Assembly (NCBI GenBank): GCA_050250255.1
Contig: JBFWOZ010000059.1
Span: 1 to 14,632, forward strand
DNA from: Bdellovibrionales bacterium
GTDB lineage: Bacteria > Bdellovibrionota > Bdellovibrionia > Bdellovibrionales > DASUEL01
Length of the DNA stretch: 14,632 nucleotides
Direction of reading: 5' to 3'
The notes beneath the pieces were generated by a model, which saw nothing but the letters and a program-made list of their open reading frames with translations, made no database searches and was not told where the DNA came from. Shown here piece after piece: positions 14,632-14,632 of the stretch. Numbering within the stretch: the stretch's first letter is position 1; every line of letters starts with the position of its first letter. The position numbers were made by a program, and so were the translations under genes.

Positions 14632-14632
14632 T

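Overview
Accessory region, probably from a Bdellovibrionota/Oligoflexia-like bacterium (inferred from a TIGR02147-type HTH protein and the style of the secreted proteins). Bases 69-8346 form a tightly coupled + strand operon: polysaccharide deacetylase, ACP, FabG-like SDR, MBL-fold hydrolase, FabH, AMP-ligase, hexapeptide acyltransferase and an 810-aa membrane protein. A convergent SAM methyltransferase follows. Together these resemble a surface-glycan acyl-modification locus. The window is punctuated by three tRNA-Ser-like 3' ends (...TCCGCCA ending at 7, 9617 and 13163). Each is followed by six degenerate tandem units and then GGTTCTAC; the period is 7 bp at the first site and 8 bp at the other two. 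The last two sites are an identical 83-bp direct repeat bracketing a 3,546-bp cassette. That cassette holds a 28-bp perfect inverted repeat directly abutting a 30-bp (29/30) copy of an internal segment of the cassette's own metzincin lipoprotein gene, plus a divergent TIGR02147 regulator and a beta-barrel protein. A 16-codon serine-recombinase stub and an HTH-like remnant lie just left of the repeat. Two convergent multiheme cytochromes c end the window. No intact integrase, full tRNA or CRISPR array is visible.
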